DNA of 64,000 bases from Felis catus. Lineage: Eukaryota. Every line of letters begins with the position of its first letter. Position 1 is the first letter of the stretch. Below, one piece after another: positions 63,430 to 64,000 of the stretch. Position numbers and translations under genes: made by a program. The notes beneath the pieces were generated by a model. It saw nothing but the letters and a program-made list of their open reading frames with translations. It was not told where the DNA came from and made no database searches. The stretch covers positions 146,198,001-146,262,000 of the forward strand of contig NC_058368.1 of the NCBI RefSeq assembly GCF_018350175.1, read 5' to 3'.

Positions 63430-63910
63430 CACGATGACCTAGTGATGTGTCAGCTTGGTTACGCTGACCTACATCTCCTAGAATTCTTTTCCCTTTAAGG
63501 TTCCGGTTAGAATGGACCATGGGAGAGTCTTGTTGAAATGAGGAGGGCAGAGGCAAAGCAGTAGCCATTTTATTAGCTCATACATGTTGTAACAGATGTG
63601 CTGATTAACTTGTTAGCATGAAGTCACAGCTGGGTCTACAGCTACTCTTACCTTTTCCTTCAGCTTCTCTGACTCCTGTGCCAGATGTGTATTTTTTAGT
63701 TCCAAGATGAAGGTCACTGGCTTCTTTCTGCAGGATATCCACAGCACCAAGATCAGAGTAACAACTGACATGAGTTTCAGCCCATCCTAAAGCTTCTAGC
63801 CTTCCCTTCTTGACTATCTGCCCTGTGGGTTTTCAGTTCTAATATCACAAATACAGTAGCCTTACAGGGACTAAACTACTATACCTGCTCCAATTGTGTA
63901 AGGTCAGACC
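63430..63910 (+). mobile_element. ERVL-type LTR remnant
   Basis: GATGTGTCAGCTTGGTTACGCTG start resembling MLT2/ERVL LTR heads; subfamily uncertain. Confidence 0.4.
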
Positions 63911-64000
63911 CTTTGTATGAGTTGGCTGGCCTTTTCTGGGGTTCACAGAACTGCATGATTTGGTCTGTTTTTGTAGCCAATTTACACTATTCTTTGTCTC

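Overview
This window is AT-rich, repeat-dense mammalian DNA from a felid. The many tRNA-derived Can-SINEs include three near-consensus copies of the young cat SINEC_Fc type. I found no intact host protein-coding gene, RNA gene or prokaryote-type system, so the window reads as intergenic or deep intronic. The largest feature is a full-length ~7.0 kb LINE-1 on the minus strand (22084-29101). It has 14-bp target-site duplications (TSDs), a recognisable 5'UTR, ORF1, ORF2 and 3' end, and both ORFs are disrupted. The rest comprises 5'-truncated L1s, 15 Can-SINEs (most with TSDs), DNA-transposon fossils (MER47/Tigger5, MER5A, MER58, MER33, MER20, MER102-like), LTR remnants, MIR and L2 relics, and microsatellites. 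The most unusual observations are: (1) a tailless young SINE flanked by a 97-bp duplication inside a MER5A element; (2) a strong CTCF motif and an antisense splice donor in the L1 5'UTR; (3) templated-repair and abortive-insertion scars in L1 ORF1; (4) a TATA/Inr/5'-splice-site arrangement at ~56.9-57.0 kb with candidate plus-strand exons, suggesting an unannotated spliced transcript that is probably non-coding. Repeat subfamily names come from recalled consensus sequences, not from a search, and boundaries of the ancient repeats are approximate. I cannot support a genuinely new biological system from sequence alone.
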